IMG/VR virus record: IMGVR_UViG_3300041411_000102
Location: 64,001 to 78,284 of that record
Direction: 5' to 3' (one strand)
Origin: a virus
Taxonomy: Duplodnaviria; Heunggongvirae; Uroviricota; Caudoviricetes
DNA length: 14,284 nucleotides
A program made the translations under genes and the position numbers. Under the pieces are notes generated by a model that saw nothing but the letters and a program-made list of their open reading frames with translations, ran no database searches and was not told the origin of the DNA. Within the stretch, counting starts at the first letter, position 1; every line of letters begins with the position of its first letter. Positions 12,675 to 14,284 of the stretch are shown here, piece after piece.

Positions 12675-14174
12675 ATGGCTGACGAAGCAGAAATCTCCCT
12701 AGAGGCAGGGGAAAATGAAATCCCAGCACTTGCTCTTGGTGAGGCTGGCTATAATGGCCTGAGAGTTTTAGGTGGTGAAATCCTAGAAGAATGCTCGCGA
12801 GAGCTTCGCTGGCCTCAAGCCATTCAAACCTTTAAACGTATGGAAAAAGATGGTGCCATTGCCCCAGCTCTTGCATATGTAGAGATGATGATTTCTCGTG
12901 TTGATTGGACTGTAAAGATCCCAGAAGGCTATGAGGAAGAGTTGAAAGATAAAGCTATCTTCATGCGTCAGTGCATGAATGATATGGAACATGATTTTAA
13001 ATCCTTTATCAAGCAAGCTGTAAGCTTTAATCGTTACGGTTTTGCGCCTGTAGAAAAAATATATAGGCAAAGGTATCGCGATAAGGGCTCTCAGTATAAT
13101 GATGGTTTGATTGCTCCAAAGAAGCTTGTTCTCCGCTCTCAAGACTCCATCGATAGTTGGGTATTTAAGAATAAAGGACGTGACCTTGCTGGACTTAACC
13201 AAGCAGTTAATATTCCAAGCAACAGAGCTGAAAACCCTTACCAATCAATTACTGAGCTTGATCAACTTACCGAATCCGGTATAAAGTTTATTCCTCGCAA
13301 GAAGTTCATGTTGTTTCGCAACAACGGCAGCAAAAATAATCCTGAAGGACAATCTCCTTTAGTTGGTTGCTGGACAGCTTGGAAGTATAAGACTGCCTAC
13401 CAAGAGTCGGAGGCCATTAGCGTGGCTCAAGATTCGAACGGCTTTAAAGTTCTTTACCTTCCTCCGCAATACATGACTGAAAATGCTACTCCTGAAGACA
13501 AGGCAGTATTCGAACATTACAAAACTGTAATCAAGAATATGCACCAAGCTAAAGAGTCTGGTTTGATTCTTCCTCTGATCCTCGATGAGAACGGAAAGAA
13601 GATGTTTGAGTTTGAGATTAAGTCTGTTACTGGACAAAAATCTTATGATATCAATGCAATCATCCAACGCTACACAGCAGAGATTCTAACTGCCCTGTTT
13701 GCAGATTTCTTGACCCTTGGTAGCAATGGATCAGGAAGCTTCTCTCTTGCTGAAAGTAAAATCAGTGTTGTAGAAATGGCTATTCAATCCAAGCTTGATG
13801 AAATTAAAACTCAGCTTAACTTCGACCTTGCCAAACAAATTTTTGCACTAAACGGCTGGTCAACAGACGTAATGCCGGAGTGGACTTATGGTGAAATTGG
13901 TAAAGTTAGTCTTGATGAAATCTCTAAGTTTATCCAACGGACCGCAGCAGTGGGCCTAATCCCGAAAGCACCAAAAGTTGTTAACTGGATTATGGATCAA
14001 GCCAACATCCCTTACAAAGTGGATGAAGACTTGTCTGTAGAAGAACTTTCCAAACAACTAACTCCTGAAACTTCTAACAGTGGTGCAGGGATGGTTGAAG
14101 GTATGTCTAACGGCACTGGAAGCTCAAACGGTTCCTCCGGGGATAGCTCAACATCAAATACGGAGAACACTTGA
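12675..14174 (+). CDS. portal protein (499 aa)
   Basis: Directly after terL (TAA|ATG). LGEAGYNGL, ELRWPQAIQTFKRM, NPEGQSPL and GSGSFSLAESK match phi92/rV5-type (DUF935-like) portals as I recall them; Ser/Gly-rich C-tail. Confidence 0.88.
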   Translation: MADEAEISLEAGENEIPALALGEAGYNGLRVLGGEILEECSRELRWPQAIQTFKRMEKDGAIAPALAYVEMMISRVDWTVKIPEGYEEELKDKAIFMRQCMNDMEHDFKSFIKQAVSFNRYGFAPVEKIYRQRYRDKGSQYNDGLIAPKKLVLRSQDSIDSWVFKNKGRDLAGLNQAVNIPSNRAENPYQSITELDQLTESGIKFIPRKKFMLFRNNGSKNNPEGQSPLVGCWTAWKYKTAYQESEAISVAQDSNGFKVLYLPPQYMTENATPEDKAVFEHYKTVIKNMHQAKESGLILPLILDENGKKMFEFEIKSVTGQKSYDINAIIQRYTAEILTALFADFLTLGSNGSGSFSLAESKISVVEMAIQSKLDEIKTQLNFDLAKQIFALNGWSTDVMPEWTYGEIGKVSLDEISKFIQRTAAVGLIPKAPKVVNWIMDQANIPYKVDEDLSVEELSKQLTPETSNSGAGMVEGMSNGTGSSNGSSGDSSTSNTENT

Positions 14175-14284
14175 TGAGTGGACACCAACTTTTACGACTG
14201 AAAGAAAAGATTTGCAATACTCCTCACTTGATGCACCCAGCATCGTTTGAAATTGTTATTCAATATCTTAACGAACGAAACAAT
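14174..14284 (+). CDS. prohead maturation protease (S49/ClpP-like), partial
   Basis: TGATG overlap with the portal and a GGAG RBS. MSGHQLLRLKEKICNTPHLMHPASFEIVIQYLNERNN resembles the N-termini of S49-type phage head proteases; the position after the portal fits. Confidence 0.65.
   Translation, partial: MSGHQLLRLKEKICNTPHLMHPASFEIVIQYLNERNN

Noticed and set aside
2135-13667. Many antisense or alternate-frame ORFs in the track (for example 2135..2479, 3017..3358, 4542..4832, 6255..6680, 7416..7715, 9490..9807, 12783..13244)
   Set aside because: They overlap well-supported genes and show no motifs or RBS, as expected for shadow ORFs.
11229-14174. Possible intein or intron in terL or portal
   Set aside because: Both ORFs are of ordinary length with contiguous motifs.
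1-14284. CRISPR array, intact tRNA genes, integrase or IS elements, terminal repeats
   Set aside because: I found no regularly spaced direct repeats, no canonical cloverleaf with TTC and a 7-nt anticodon loop, and no transposase or integrase motifs. Genome termini cannot be judged from this window.

Overview
This is a bacteriophage segment, most consistent with a phi92/rV5/ICP1-type myovirus of Gammaproteobacteria. That assignment is inferred from recalled similarity of TerL, portal and protease and from gene order; the host cannot be determined here. From left to right the window holds: a leftward chain of small, mostly ATGA-coupled hypothetical genes (1-1860, including ORFs missing from the supplied track); a divergent rightward unit led by a 448-aa protein carrying the core motifs of family-A/T7-RNAP-type polymerases; a ~640-nt non-coding stretch (4024-4661) dense in structure; a 907-aa tailspike/depolymerase-like gene with a lambda-Stf-type N-terminus; a putative small terminase; a second hairpin-rich intergenic region (7837-8168); two proteins sharing a ~90-aa domain; a 120-aa hypothetical; a mosaic MobE-like HNH homing endonuclease; then terL, portal and the start of the prohead protease. 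The 4024-4661 stretch contains a pseudo-palindromic sigma70 promoter, a hammerhead-like fold, three hairpins with CTCTCC/GGAGAG loops, a 17-bp inverted repeat and a degenerate tRNA-like element. The best leads for something undescribed are the minimal polymerase-like protein and the two candidate structured-RNA loci. All family assignments come from motif recognition by eye and no database searches were run.
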